From the NCBI GenBank assembly GCA_944360075.1, contig CALVTE010000001.1, positions 7,054 through 71,053 on the forward strand: a DNA stretch of 64,000 bases, written 5' to 3'. Source of the DNA: an uncultured Clostridia bacterium (GTDB taxonomy: Bacteria > Bacillota > Clostridia > Christensenellales > UBA1242). A program made the position numbers and the translations under genes. Positions 19,734 to 29,113 of this stretch are shown piece after piece. The first letter of the stretch is position 1, and each line of letters opens with the position of its first letter. The notes under the pieces are model-generated. The model saw only the letters and a list, made by a program, of their open reading frames with translations, made no database searches and was not told the origin of the DNA.

Positions 19734-20773
19734 TATTCATCATCTCCAAAAATATCATCATCAGAGTCGTCATCAACATCCTCTTCTTTGCCAGAAACAA
19801 TGCTTCGTCTAAGAGCGGTGTCTGCCTGCAAGTTCATCAATTTGTAGTAGTCCATCACTGAGAATCGACCCTCTTTGATGGCTTGCGAAATTGCAAGTGG
19901 CACTTGTGATTCGGCTTCCAAAAGGCTAGTTTTTGTTTCTTCAGTCTTAACTCGAGCCCTGATTTCCTTCATTTCTTCAGAATTTTTCACTCTATCAGCT
20001 TGCATTTGTGCAAAAACTCGTTCTTTTTCAGCACGTTTAACTTCCATTTCCATCGCGATGTTGCGCCCGATTGAAATGTTGGAAACTCGGCTTTCCACCA
20101 AAAGATAGGCTGAGCCCGCCGCTGCTTGAGCATTGTCGAGCCCTTCAAGAATAAGTTGAGGATTTGACATAAGTTGTTCTTTGCTGTAAAGCGGGATTTT
20201 TTTGATGGCATGCTCGGTCACAAAAGCTTTGATTTTGTCTGTTGCAAGGCCATAAAGATATTTTGGCAACTGAATTTTGAGAATAAGATTGACATCAACC
20301 ACGAGTTCAATGTTGTCTTTTGTGATTGCCTTGATTTGGCTGATATTTTCGCTCACACTTTCAATGGCACTTTTGACAATTTCAAGAGAATTTTTTGTTT
20401 TCAATTCAAGCGCTGAAGCCAATGAGAAAGGGCAAGGGATAGAAGCATCCTTTGCAAGAGCCATTGCTTGAAGCATATCTTTAACATTTCCGCCCGCCAA
20501 CAAAACAGACTCAATTTCGTTGATTTTGATATTGACTCCCAGCCTTTTTGCCAAAATGTTTGCTTCGACAAGGCTCATAGGGTCAACCTTGCAGTTTTTC
20601 AGCGAGGTAAGTTTTGCCATGGAAATGTGCGCCTTTGCAATTAGTGCAGTAAAATATGCTTTGACAGGCACCACGATAAGAAACAAAATCAATGCGATAA
20701 GTGCCACCCCTCCAATAACGGTAAAGGTTATCTCAACGGCGCCAAAAGCGGCCAGCTGTGAAAAGTTCATCAT
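19733..20773 (-). CDS. floA: Flotillin-like protein FloA (YqfA/UPF0365).
   Basis: N-terminal TM segment, LLAGGNVKDMLQAMALAKDA and the C-terminal EAESQVPLAISQAIKEGRFSVMDYYKLMNLQADTALRRSI closely match the FloA family pattern. There is an acidic tail. Confidence 0.85.
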   Translation of the reverse strand: MMNFSQLAAFGAVEITFTVIGGVALIALILFLIVVPVKAYFTALIAKAHISMAKLTSLKNCKVDPMSLVEANILAKRLGVNIKINEIESVLLAGGNVKDMLQAMALAKDASIPCPFSLASALELKTKNSLEIVKSAIESVSENISQIKAITKDNIELVVDVNLILKIQLPKYLYGLATDKIKAFVTEHAIKKIPLYSKEQLMSNPQLILEGLDNAQAAAGSAYLLVESRVSNISIGRNIAMEMEVKRAEKERVFAQMQADRVKNSEEMKEIRARVKTEETKTSLLEAESQVPLAISQAIKEGRFSVMDYYKLMNLQADTALRRSIVSGKEEDVDDDSDDDIFGDDE

Positions 20774-20885
20774 ATTCTCTCCTTTATGCTTTGATTATAT
20801 CACAAAATCTCGACGTTGTAAATACCCTAAAAGAAAAAAGGTGCCCTTTTGAATTTGACAAAGTCACACCTTAAAACATTTTTGC

Positions 20886-21710
20886 CTATTTTTTTAAAAA
20901 AGAGCGTTGATAGTAAAACAAATACTGCTGAGCGTAGCCAGACAAATCGCCAAACTGCGCAATCAGATTGTTTCTGATTTGCTCTCGATTTGAAAGAGGC
21001 TGATAAAACTTGTTATACATTTGATTTATCCAAGTATCAACTGGAAAAACATCTTTTCTGCCATAGCCAAACAAAAGCACACAGTCGGCCACTTTTGGCC
21101 CCACACCCGAGAGCTTTATCAGATTTTTTCGCAGCTCGGTTGTGCCCAAGCCGCTCCACTCTTGCAGCTGCTTTGGGCTTGTCTGCCTTAAAACGTTATA
21201 AAGATATTGGCTGCGATAGCCGCATCCGATTGACTTAAAAAATTCACAGGAACAAGACAAAAGTTGCTGATAAGTTGGAAATGGAGGCTGCATCAAGGAT
21301 GAAAAATGCCTTCTGAGCCTTGACAAAATCAGTTTTATTCGCCTGATGTTGTTGTTTGCTGAAATGATAAAAGAGATAAGCACTTCAAACAAATCTTGTT
21401 TTAAAATTCTGATTCCATAGCCAAATTTGATAGGCTGAGACAAGATTTTTGTTCTAAAGAGCCGGTCTTTTATTGCTTTGTAATCGGTTTTTAAATCAAA
21501 ATATTCTTCAAAAAAGTCAGCAGATGTGGTAAAAATTTGATAGCAATCATCTTTTTCTTGAATTTTTGCAAAATGTGAACCTGGAAAAACAGTATATCCC
21601 TGCTCAGTTTGCTCAAAACAAAAAACCTGGCCGCACTCCAAGATGTGCTGCGGCTGAAATTGTGATTTGTCGTAAATTTCAATTTTGTTTTTGAATTTTT
21701 TGTATAACAT
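20886..21710 (-). CDS. ogg: 8-oxoguanine DNA glycosylase/AP lyase, OGG1-type (HhH-GPD).
   Basis: LSGVGPKVADCVLLFGYGRKDVFPVDTW parallels the OGG1 active-site segment GVGTKVADC...VPVDVH, including the catalytic Lys and Asp. The start is set at the ATG at 21710, which has GAAGGAGAAA upstream. Confidence 0.85.
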   Translation of the reverse strand: MLYKKFKNKIEIYDKSQFQPQHILECGQVFCFEQTEQGYTVFPGSHFAKIQEKDDCYQIFTTSADFFEEYFDLKTDYKAIKDRLFRTKILSQPIKFGYGIRILKQDLFEVLISFIISANNNIRRIKLILSRLRRHFSSLMQPPFPTYQQLLSCSCEFFKSIGCGYRSQYLYNVLRQTSPKQLQEWSGLGTTELRKNLIKLSGVGPKVADCVLLFGYGRKDVFPVDTWINQMYNKFYQPLSNREQIRNNLIAQFGDLSGYAQQYLFYYQRSFLKK

Positions 21711-21763
21711 TTTCTCCTTCCATGCAAAAGCTGAACAAAAAAAGCAGGACAAGCCTGCCAAAA

Positions 21764-22039
21764 TTATTCTGCAACAACAGAAACAACTTTTTTGCCATTG
21801 CTAAGTCCAAATTTAACAATGCCATCACAAAGAGCAAACAAAGTGTAGTCTTTTCCCATGCCAACGTTTGTGCTAGGGTAAACTTTTGTTCCTTTTTGTC
21901 TTACGATTATGCTGCCTGCAGTCACTTTTTGTCCACCATAAGCTTTCACACCAAGGCGTTTGCTTTGAGAGTCACGGCCGTTTTTAGTGCTTCCACCACC
22001 CTTTTTGTGAGCAAAAAGTTGAGCATTAAACTTAAACAT
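21764..22039 (-). CDS. rpmA: 50S ribosomal protein L27 with a cleavable N-terminal extension.
   Basis: [32 protein letters not shown]. The Firmicutes-type propeptide ends in F-A, immediately before the AHKKG core. Confidence 0.95.
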   Translation of the reverse strand: MFKFNAQLFAHKKGGGSTKNGRDSQSKRLGVKAYGGQKVTAGSIIVRQKGTKVYPSTNVGMGKDYTLFALCDGIVKFGLSNGKKVVSVVAE

Positions 22040-22355
22040 TTTTTACCTCCAATTTTGCAAATTTCTTTTCATCTTCAACAATAGATTTGAAGCTATAGAA
22101 GCAAGTTTCCAAAAGAAATTGAATTTTTTGGCTTGCAGCAACTTTTGGCTGAACCATAATTTTCAAAAAGCCATCGCTAATTTGGCGAAAAGACGCTTTT
22201 TTTTCAATTTCGTCAAGCCCCACAACGGCAAGTTGTGCGATTGTTGAAATTTGGCAGCAAAGCAAATCTTTGCCAAAGTCGTCTTTGCCAGTATGGCCTG
22301 CCACTTCAAATCCAAGATAGAGATTGTTTTGTTTATAAAAAGTGATTGTTGTCAT
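22032..22355 (-). CDS. prp: Ribosomal-processing cysteine protease Prp (L27 N-terminal maturation).
   Basis: 107 aa lying between rplU and rpmA. It carries the GHTG...LCCQIST His/Cys dyad pattern typical of Prp/YsxB. Confidence 0.85.
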   Translation of the reverse strand: MTTITFYKQNNLYLGFEVAGHTGKDDFGKDLLCCQISTIAQLAVVGLDEIEKKASFRQISDGFLKIMVQPKVAASQKIQFLLETCFYSFKSIVEDEKKFAKLEVKNV

Positions 22356-22364
22356 GACGACACC

Positions 22365-22673
22365 TTACTTTTTGATTGATAAAATTTTAATTTGAGTGAA
22401 TGGTTGTCTATGGCCTTGTTTTTTTCTCTCGTTTTTCTTAGGCTTATACTTGAAAACAACAATTTTGTCGCCCTTGCCGTGAGAAACAACTTCAGCTTCA
22501 CAAACAGCGCCTTTCACTGATGGTGATCCTGCAACAACATTTCCGTTGTCTGAAACAAGAAGAACATCCAAAGTCAATTTTTCGCCAACATTTTTGTCGA
22601 GTTTTTCAACAGAAATGATGTCGCCTTCGCAGACTTTGTATTGTTTTCCACCAGTTTGAACAATAGCAAACAT
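22365..22673 (-). CDS. rplU: 50S ribosomal protein L21.
   Basis: [33 protein letters not shown] lies upstream of the ATG at 22673, and the track start at 22694 is an upstream artefact. Confidence 0.95.
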   Translation of the reverse strand: MFAIVQTGGKQYKVCEGDIISVEKLDKNVGEKLTLDVLLVSDNGNVVAGSPSVKGAVCEAEVVSHGKGDKIVVFKYKPKKNERKKQGHRQPFTQIKILSIKK

Positions 22674-22757
22674 ATTTATACCTCCTCTAACCAAACTCGC
22701 TGTTTAACGGGTGCCTTTGGCGGACTTAAAAAACCCTGCACATGCGGATACCTTGTT

Positions 22758-22786
22758 AATATACCATAATCTGAGATAAAAGTCAA
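22758..22786 (-). promoter_or_regulatory. Sigma-A promoter of rplU-prp-rpmA with an extended -10.
   Basis: On the minus strand: TTGACT (22786-22781), a 17-nt spacer, then TGgTATATT (-10 at 22763-22758). This leaves a ~80-nt leader before rplU. Confidence 0.65.
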
Positions 22787-22849
22787 GAGAAAAGCGATTT
22801 TTGCAAAAAATTGTTTTTGCCAAAGTCAATTTCTTTAAAATCTGCTTTC

Positions 22850-22880
22850 AGCAAAAAAGCTTGCATTTTCAGCAAGCTTT
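22850..22880 (-). terminator. Rho-independent terminator of the 1377-aa surface protein gene.
   Basis: On the minus strand: AAAGCTTGC, loop TGAAAAT, GCAAGCTTT, followed by TTTTGC. It lies 8 nt after the stop. Confidence 0.7.
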
Positions 22881-22887
22881 ATCTTTG

Positions 22888-25800
22888 TTATTTGGTTTTT
22901 TTGCTTTTGTTTTCTTTAACTTTTGAAACGATAAAGTAAACCACAACTCCACCGAGAATCACTGACGCAACTCCAATCAAAACTTTGCCGACAATTTCTG
23001 TGACATTGACAGGCTCGATTGAATCTTCGCCAACTGTAAAGGTGAATTTTACAGCGTCGCTCACGTTTCCAGCAGTATCTTTCACCGTGATGGTCACTTG
23101 ATAGCTGCCTTCTTTTTCAATTGTGTAAGAATAAGCATATTCTCCTTCAACATCCGATGAGTTTTTCACAGTCTCAGGTGCAGAATTTGTGCTTGTGTTT
23201 TTTACTGTGATAGAAATGTTGTCAAGCAGTTCTTCTCTGCTAGAGCCGCCTGGGTCATTGACAGTGACAAGACTTTCGTCAGCAATTTTGAAGTCGATGG
23301 GGTCGCCAACTTCATATTTTGAAGCGATAAACTTGTTGTCAGAATTTTCAATAGTAAGTGTTGGAGCAGAAACGTCACCAACCGACAAAGTGTAAGATTT
23401 TGTTTTTGTGCTGCCTATTGGCTGCCCTGCATAATCTTTTGCTTTGAGAGTGTAAGTGATGGTATATTTGCCATTTCTGTTGAGTTTAAGGTAAATATTT
23501 TCGCCTTCTTGGGTCAAATAAGTTTGGTCGTCTTGAGAAATATTCCAGTCAGAAAGCTTAAGAGTTTTAAGCGTGCTTGTCGTTCCACCAACGTTTGCAA
23601 CAGAAATGCTTACCGTCGAATTGTCAAGGTCAATTTGTCCTTCGCCTGTAACCTCACCGTTAAGTTTTTTAACTAAAACTCTGCTTGTAAGGTCGCCATA
23701 TATCGTTTTTGGATAGTCCGCATCGTCCATATAAAGGTTTACAGCAACTTCGCCTGAAGTGAAAGTAAATTTGCTGCTTTTAACTTCGTGGAGCTCAACA
23801 ACAACTTCGTCATTTGCATATTGTGGCAAACTGTTGATGTCAAGTTTTTTGTCATCACATTCGGCAACAATCACATTTTCTCCATTTTCATCAACTGACC
23901 TATAAATTTTGTAAACTTCGCCAGCCACAGCTGTGCCAGAGCCTTCAAGACTTTCAGTTCCGTCAGCCTTGTAAGCAAGTTGGTCTTGTCCTTCATTGTC
24001 AGTTGTCAAGAAAAGCTTGCCGTTTTCGCCTTCATCAGTCATTGAGAAATATTTTGCATCAGTTGGATAGCTGATAAGGAAAGCGGTGTATTGCAAGGTG
24101 TAAGAGCCCTTTGCGTTGGCTGTGAAAGAACCTTCCCCTTGGTTGAGAACATATTTGTCGTTGTCCGCTTCGGTAACATTGATCATATAGTCAATAGCAT
24201 AATTTTCGCTTGAATAAGCGTCAAAACCGATGTAGCCAAGCTCGTCACTTTCAGCAACTGAGATTTTTGGTTTTGCAAATGTTTCTGTCTGATCAACAAG
24301 AATGTCTTTTTGTGATGAGCCGATGTTTGAAATCTCAATCTTTCCAACAACAGGAATTTCTTCAACTTCATAGACAAAATATGTTGTCACTGAGTGGTTG
24401 CCTGCATCTGTGACAGTCACAGCAGCAATATACGTTCCGCCCACTGAAGGAGTGAACTGACCTGCCATAAGTTGGTAATCGCCAGAGCCTCGGTTTGGCG
24501 TAGCATTCATGCCTGAGCTGTGAACAACAATTTGAGAATCTTCTTCAACTCGGTATACAACAACAGCCGAAGTCATATAGTGAGGCAAGTTGTCGTGATA
24601 AGTCAGTGTTGGCAAAACGATAGTCTTGTCGTTGACATATCCCCCGTCAACATCTGGAGCTGAAACAACTTCATACAAGTATGGAGCCTCTTCATCTTTG
24701 ATATTTGAAACATAGCATTGTTGAGAATAGAAAGCAACATTGCCATAATCGTCAACTGCGTATGAGAAAAATTCGATATATGCTGCATTTTCTGGCTTTT
24801 CTGAAAGGTCAATATCATATTCGTCTTCCCCTTCAAGAATGGTCCAGCCAGAAGAAGAAACAACATTGTGCTCATCTGCTTGAACATACCATTTTTTTGA
24901 AGAAATGTTGATTTTTGAAGCTTCGTTAATCACATATTTGATGTCTTTTGTCTTTTCTCTCACGATTGGCTGTCTGCTTGAGTCAAGATATCTGTAAGCA
25001 GTGTGAAGTTCAACGTATGAGTCTCCTTCGCTAGTTTCTTCGCCATTGGAAGATACTTGATCTGAAGCTGTTGGAGCAGCCAAAGTGATGATGTCATCTT
25101 CAAGATATGAGTTTTTAAGTTCGGTTGAATAGCTGATGGTTGGAACGGTCATATCGTCAGCATTTGCAACAATGTCAAAACTATAGTCAGTTATGCTTTT
25201 GTTGTTTGTTTCAACGTTGTCGTCAGCATAGTAGTAAACATTGTAAGACTCTGTTTTAAATGTTTCACTACTGCTTGCCTCAATGCAGGCATAACCAAGG
25301 TCAATCCATCCTTGTTCGGTGGTTGGTGCGCCATTTTCAAACGCGAAAGCTTCTGCTGTGACAGGGTCTGTCTTTCCATCAGTTACAATAAGATATTTAT
25401 GCTCTTGGAGCCAATTTTTGATGGCGGCGTCATCACTCTCATAAATGCCGGCAAGAATCATTTGATTGCGGATGTAAGCATTGTCGTCATAGATGGCCTT
25501 GTAAACGCTTTTGCCATCCGTTGAATCTGATTTTGCGTTGAAGATAAGGTTGTAGTGGTCATAGCCTTGAATATCATAAACAAGAACACTGCTGTTTGAG
25601 CCTCTTCTGATTTCACGATAAAGGTTCAAATCTTTCTCTTCAACATGGTTATCATGGCCGCCGATTGCAAAAACCACAATATTTCTGTTTTCAGTTTTTG
25701 TTTTCACGTGGCTGAGTGCAGACTTGTAAGATCCGTCTTCATTCTTCACATTTTCAGCCCCTGCATCATAGATATAAGCAGTTGGAGACAGAGTGTCGCG

Positions 25801-27021
25801 CACATTTTTGATTGTAAAACTGTTTGTAGCTTCTTGGCCATAGAAGTCTGTTGCAGCATATTCAATTTTGTAGTCGCCATTTTTTGGAGCGGTAAAGTTG
25901 TTGTCTTCGTCAATAGCGTTCGCAATTGTTTCCACAACATTTCCGTTTTCCAAGCGGTAAACGTTGATCTCGTAAGAAACTGCAACACTTTCGCTTGCTG
26001 GAGAATCACTGGCTGAAGTGGTTGCATTGATTGATGGCAGCGCAGTCTTCACACCAACGATTGCAGAAGACGGTGCAGAAGACGCTCTTGAAATGGTCAA
26101 AGTATAGCCAGATTTGTTATAGCTGTCTTTATAATAGCTATCTTTGACTGAGAAAGTTTTGGTGACAGACTCAATTTGCGCGTCTTTTTGCGCGCCTTTT
26201 TGAAAGAAAGTGTAAACAACATTGAAGGTGCTGCCGTTTGCGCCTTCCAATAGGTCGCCGTCAATGTAATACTTTCCTTCAGCGCTTCTTGCAATCTTGA
26301 CATTTTCTGAGTAGCCTTGGTCGAGAGTGATGGTCATATATTCATTTTCAGTTGCCTCTTCTCCGTCAATTTTGACAGGCACGTTTTCAATTTCGTCGCC
26401 ATTTTTGTCAGTGATTGTTGGGATTGGCAAAATAATGTCTTTGAAAGAGCCATCTTTTTTGCTTAAAGAAAGGTCGTAAACTGAAGGCAAAATGTTTTTG
26501 TCGTTTGTGTCAAAAGTGAAAGTAACATCGTTGATAGTGCAACGAAGGTCTAGAGTGTATGTGTAAGTAACTCCATCATCAGTCACGCTATAAACAATTT
26601 CATATTGCCCAACTCGATCAGCATCAAATTGCACACCTGATTGGAATCCACCTTCTTGCTCAGAAGAATCATAAACCACAGTGCCATCGGCATAGCGAGC
26701 AACAACTTTTGAAGTGACGCCTTCTTCAGAAGCAGTTCCAATGATGTGCGCAGTTGTTGAACCACCATAATAATTTCCTGTTGGAATAGTAAACTTCCCA
26801 CCCTTTGCTACCGTTGTTTCAATGCCGCTTGCATCAACTTCGATTCTGTTTGTGTTTTGAGCAATTTGGCCGTCGCTCAATGTTGGGTTTGAGTCTTGTT
26901 TATAGTTTGCAGCCAAAGTTTGAATAGCCCCCACAGGCACAAAAGACCCGCACAAAACAAGGGCGGCGCCAAAGGCTGCACTTTTGAAAATATTTTTTGT
27001 TTTTAAGTTTTTTCTGTCCAT
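22888..27021 (-). CDS. Large cell-surface protein with a signal peptide, multiple Ig-like/cadherin-like beta domains and a C-terminal TM anchor.
   Basis: 1377 aa. The N-terminus is KSAAFGAALVLCGSFVPVGAIQTLAANY. Recurrent segments of the type ATDFYGQEATNSFTI, TVTDAGNHSVTTYFVYEV and TVKDTAGNVSDAVKFTFTV look like the ends of Ig-like domains. The C-terminus is VLIGVASVILGGVVVYFIV followed by the basic tail SKVKENKSKKTK. Confidence 0.8.
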   Translation of the reverse strand: MDRKNLKTKNIFKSAAFGAALVLCGSFVPVGAIQTLAANYKQDSNPTLSDGQIAQNTNRIEVDASGIETTVAKGGKFTIPTGNYYGGSTTAHIIGTASEEGVTSKVVARYADGTVVYDSSEQEGGFQSGVQFDADRVGQYEIVYSVTDDGVTYTYTLDLRCTINDVTFTFDTNDKNILPSVYDLSLSKKDGSFKDIILPIPTITDKNGDEIENVPVKIDGEEATENEYMTITLDQGYSENVKIARSAEGKYYIDGDLLEGANGSTFNVVYTFFQKGAQKDAQIESVTKTFSVKDSYYKDSYNKSGYTLTISRASSAPSSAIVGVKTALPSINATTSASDSPASESVAVSYEINVYRLENGNVVETIANAIDEDNNFTAPKNGDYKIEYAATDFYGQEATNSFTIKNVRDTLSPTAYIYDAGAENVKNEDGSYKSALSHVKTKTENRNIVVFAIGGHDNHVEEKDLNLYREIRRGSNSSVLVYDIQGYDHYNLIFNAKSDSTDGKSVYKAIYDDNAYIRNQMILAGIYESDDAAIKNWLQEHKYLIVTDGKTDPVTAEAFAFENGAPTTEQGWIDLGYACIEASSSETFKTESYNVYYYADDNVETNNKSITDYSFDIVANADDMTVPTISYSTELKNSYLEDDIITLAAPTASDQVSSNGEETSEGDSYVELHTAYRYLDSSRQPIVREKTKDIKYVINEASKINISSKKWYVQADEHNVVSSSGWTILEGEDEYDIDLSEKPENAAYIEFFSYAVDDYGNVAFYSQQCYVSNIKDEEAPYLYEVVSAPDVDGGYVNDKTIVLPTLTYHDNLPHYMTSAVVVYRVEEDSQIVVHSSGMNATPNRGSGDYQLMAGQFTPSVGGTYIAAVTVTDAGNHSVTTYFVYEVEEIPVVGKIEISNIGSSQKDILVDQTETFAKPKISVAESDELGYIGFDAYSSENYAIDYMINVTEADNDKYVLNQGEGSFTANAKGSYTLQYTAFLISYPTDAKYFSMTDEGENGKLFLTTDNEGQDQLAYKADGTESLEGSGTAVAGEVYKIYRSVDENGENVIVAECDDKKLDINSLPQYANDEVVVELHEVKSSKFTFTSGEVAVNLYMDDADYPKTIYGDLTSRVLVKKLNGEVTGEGQIDLDNSTVSISVANVGGTTSTLKTLKLSDWNISQDDQTYLTQEGENIYLKLNRNGKYTITYTLKAKDYAGQPIGSTKTKSYTLSVGDVSAPTLTIENSDNKFIASKYEVGDPIDFKIADESLVTVNDPGGSSREELLDNISITVKNTSTNSAPETVKNSSDVEGEYAYSYTIEKEGSYQVTITVKDTAGNVSDAVKFTFTVGEDSIEPVNVTEIVGKVLIGVASVILGGVVVYFIVSKVKENKSKKTK

Positions 27022-27288
27022 CGCAAAATCCTTTTATAGTATAAATTTCATAACAATGTTATTTTATAATATTTTCGCTTTTAAGTCAACAAATTTTCTG
27101 CACATATTACAAAAATATTTTGTGGAAAGTCAAGGCTTGTATGCTGTCAAAAAATGACTTTGTTTGTCGAAAAACAAGATATTTTGATTTTTTTGTTTTC
27201 GGCTCGGCACATTTTTTTTTGCATGTGCGTAGTATGTTAATGTGAAAGCAAAATCTTTCATCTTACATAAGAAATATAGGAGGAACAA

Positions 27289-27492
27289 ATGAATTTCTTT
27301 AACGGATGCCAGGGCGGTTTTGGCGGCTGCAACAGCTGCTGCGACCCATGCTCACTCATACTTTGGCTTATCATTTTGCAAAGCCTTTGCGGTTGCAACA
27401 ACAATGGCGGCTGCGGCATGGACGCTTGCACACTTGTGATTCTTTTGCTTTTGTGTGGCGGATGCAATAGTTGCGGCAATTGCGGAAAATAA
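27289..27492 (+). CDS. Cys/Gly-rich small protein (67 aa, 13 Cys) with two hydrophobic segments.
   Basis: AGGAGG lies 6 nt upstream of the ATG. The product is MNFFNGCQGGFGGCNSCCDPCSLILWLIILQSLCGCNNNGGCGMDACTLVILLLLCGGCNSCGNCGK. It has its own terminator immediately downstream and is one of the few plus-strand genes. Confidence 0.65.
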   Translation: MNFFNGCQGGFGGCNSCCDPCSLILWLIILQSLCGCNNNGGCGMDACTLVILLLLCGGCNSCGNCGK

Positions 27493-27502
27493 GTTTAAGC
27501 TC

Positions 27503-27535
27503 AAAAACAGGCAAAAAAAGCCTGTTTTTTGATTT
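27503..27535 (+). terminator. Rho-independent terminator of the Cys-rich peptide gene.
   Basis: AAAACAGGC, loop AAAAAAA, GCCTGTTTT, followed by a T run. Confidence 0.75.
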
Positions 27536-27638
27536 TTTTCAATAAAATTCAACAAAAACCAAATATTTTACAAAATTGCTTTACTTTTTGCTTAAATTAT
27601 TATAACATAAAATAAAGTATATTTTGAGAGGTGCAGTT

Positions 27639-28022
27639 ATGAAATTTGATAAAGATTGCGAAGTTGTTTGGCATGACAGAAAGCGTTTTATGGGAATGCC
27701 ACTATCGTTCACAAGATATTATATCGTCAAAAAAGATAATGAATGGATAAAACTGTTCAGACACAAAGGATTTTTCTCCTCAATTATTGACGAGGTCAAC
27801 CTTTATCGATGCTTTGACGTCTCCCTGCACGCCTCGTTGGCAGACAAAATTTTTGGAACAGGTTCTATCAAAGTTGAAAGTAACGATGCGGGAATGCCAG
27901 AGTTCTATCTTGCACACATTGCAAACCCATACAAAATCCGCGACCTGCTTTCAAACCTTATTGAAATTGAAAGAAAAAAACGCCGTGTCGGAATCACAGA
28001 ATTTCAAGCACCACAAGAATAA
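27639..28022 (+). CDS. Bacterial PH-domain (bPH_2/YdbS-like) protein.
   Basis: 127 aa starting at the ATG at 27639, with GAGAGG upstream. The pattern RYYIVKKDNEWIKLFRHKGFFSSIIDEVNLYRCFDVSL...GTGSIKV resembles the membrane-associated PH-like domain family. The assignment is by eye. Confidence 0.55.
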   Translation: MKFDKDCEVVWHDRKRFMGMPLSFTRYYIVKKDNEWIKLFRHKGFFSSIIDEVNLYRCFDVSLHASLADKIFGTGSIKVESNDAGMPEFYLAHIANPYKIRDLLSNLIEIERKKRRVGITEFQAPQE

Positions 28023-28049
28023 TATTGGTAAAATTTTACTTACAAAATC

Positions 28050-28089
28050 AAAAAAGAACATATTGAAATCGTCAATATGTTCTTTTTTA
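28050..28089. terminator. Bidirectional terminator hairpin.
   Basis: A perfect 12-bp stem AGAACATATTGA / TCAATATGTTCT (28055-28066 and 28072-28083) with loop AATCG. An A run lies before it and a T run after it. Confidence 0.75.
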
Positions 28090-28097
28090 AACTTTCT

Positions 28098-28205
28098 TTA
28101 ATTTTTCTTTGTTTGTTTTTTCTTTGGGCCAAAATACAAGTCGTTCAGTTCATGCAAACTTTTTTTAAGCTCTTTCAGTTGCTTCTCTTCACTAACTTTT
28201 TTCAT
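28098..28205 (-). CDS. Possible 35-aa basic micro-protein downstream of the WG-repeat gene.
   Basis: AAAGGAG lies 6 nt upstream of the ATG at 28205. The product is MKKVSEEKQLKELKKSLHELNDLYFGPKKKQTKKN. The ORF ends just before the bidirectional terminator. It is too short for the ORF track and no homology evidence is available. Confidence 0.3.
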   Translation of the reverse strand: MKKVSEEKQLKELKKSLHELNDLYFGPKKKQTKKN

Positions 28206-28240
28206 ACTAGCTCCTTTTAAATTTGAAATTTTTTGCTCAA

Positions 28241-29113
28241 TTATTCTTTTTCATTCAAACTCCCAAACAGCTTGTCAAGAGTTTCTTTTGCATCAGTTTT
28301 TGCTTGCTCAAACTCTTTCGCTTCCTGTTTTTTGCTTTCAAGCAATTTGCTAAGTTCTTCTATTTCTTCTTTAATTTTAAGCGCATCATCTGGTCCGTTT
28401 GTTTCTTCAATTTTTTGAGCATAATACTTATGTATAATTGAATTTAAAGCTTCAGAAAAACCTTCAGCCAAAAAACATTCTGGTGCTATTTCATTTATTG
28501 CTCCAAGATCTTTCTCTGCAACTCGTAAAGCCTCACTTTCATCTGCAATCTGAAAATCTTTGTTAATATGATACAATTTGTGATTTTTTCCTACTCTAGC
28601 ATAGCCTTCGCTGAAATCCCAAGCAAAATCATACCCTTCGCCATGAAGCTTAAAGTCTTTGTCGTCAACATAATACCATTTGCCATCTTTTTCTACTCTA
28701 GCATAGCCTTTTCTGAAACCTTCAGCCTTATCATATCCTTCACCATGAAGTTTAAAGTCTTTGTTGTCAACATAATACCATTTGCCATCTTCTCTTGCTA
28801 CAGCATAGCCTTCTATGAAATCACCAACCCAATCATACCCTTCGCCATGAAGTTTAAAGTCTTTGTCAACATGATACCATTTGCCATCTTTTATTACTAC
28901 AGCATAGCCGTCGCTGAAATTCCAAGCCATATCATACCCTTCGCCATGAAGCTTAAAGTCTTTGTCTACATAATACCATTTACCATCTTTTTTTACTCTA
29001 GCATAGCCTTCTCTGAAAGCGCTAGCTTCATCATACCCTTCGCCATACCATTTGCCGCCCAAGTCTTGATAAAAGTATTTTCCATCTCTTTTTACAGCCA
29101 TCATAAAATCCAT
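28241..29113 (-). CDS. WG-repeat (KWG-type beta-propeller-like) protein with a C-terminal coiled-coil tail.
   Basis: There are about six tandem ~33-aa units of the form GEGYD.A..F.EGYARV.KDGKWYYVDKDFKLH. AAAGGAGAGAG lies upstream of the ATG. Confidence 0.8.
   Translation of the reverse strand: MDFMMAVKRDGKYFYQDLGGKWYGEGYDEASAFREGYARVKKDGKWYYVDKDFKLHGEGYDMAWNFSDGYAVVIKDGKWYHVDKDFKLHGEGYDWVGDFIEGYAVAREDGKWYYVDNKDFKLHGEGYDKAEGFRKGYARVEKDGKWYYVDDKDFKLHGEGYDFAWDFSEGYARVGKNHKLYHINKDFQIADESEALRVAEKDLGAINEIAPECFLAEGFSEALNSIIHKYYAQKIEETNGPDDALKIKEEIEELSKLLESKKQEAKEFEQAKTDAKETLDKLFGSLNEKE
28560..29070. repeat. Intragenic tandem DNA repeat (~100-nt period) encoding the WG units.
   Basis: Strings such as CCTTCGCCATGAAGCTTAAAGTCTTTGTC and ATACCATTTGCCATCTTT recur at roughly 100-nt intervals on the plus strand. 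Confidence 0.7.

Noticed and set aside
22674-22757. The ~80-nt 5' leader of rplU as the L21 ribosomal-protein leader RNA.
   Set aside because: The position is right: it lies between the predicted promoter and rplU, upstream of rplU-prp-rpmA. However, I cannot recall the family consensus well enough to confirm it, and I found only weak hairpins by eye. It needs an Rfam cmscan.
27022-27288. Sporulation-sigma (sigma-K or sigma-E) promoter upstream of the first Cys-rich peptide.
   Set aside because: Only partial matches are present (e.g. CATAAGAAA does not fit CATAnnnTA). It cannot be supported by eye.
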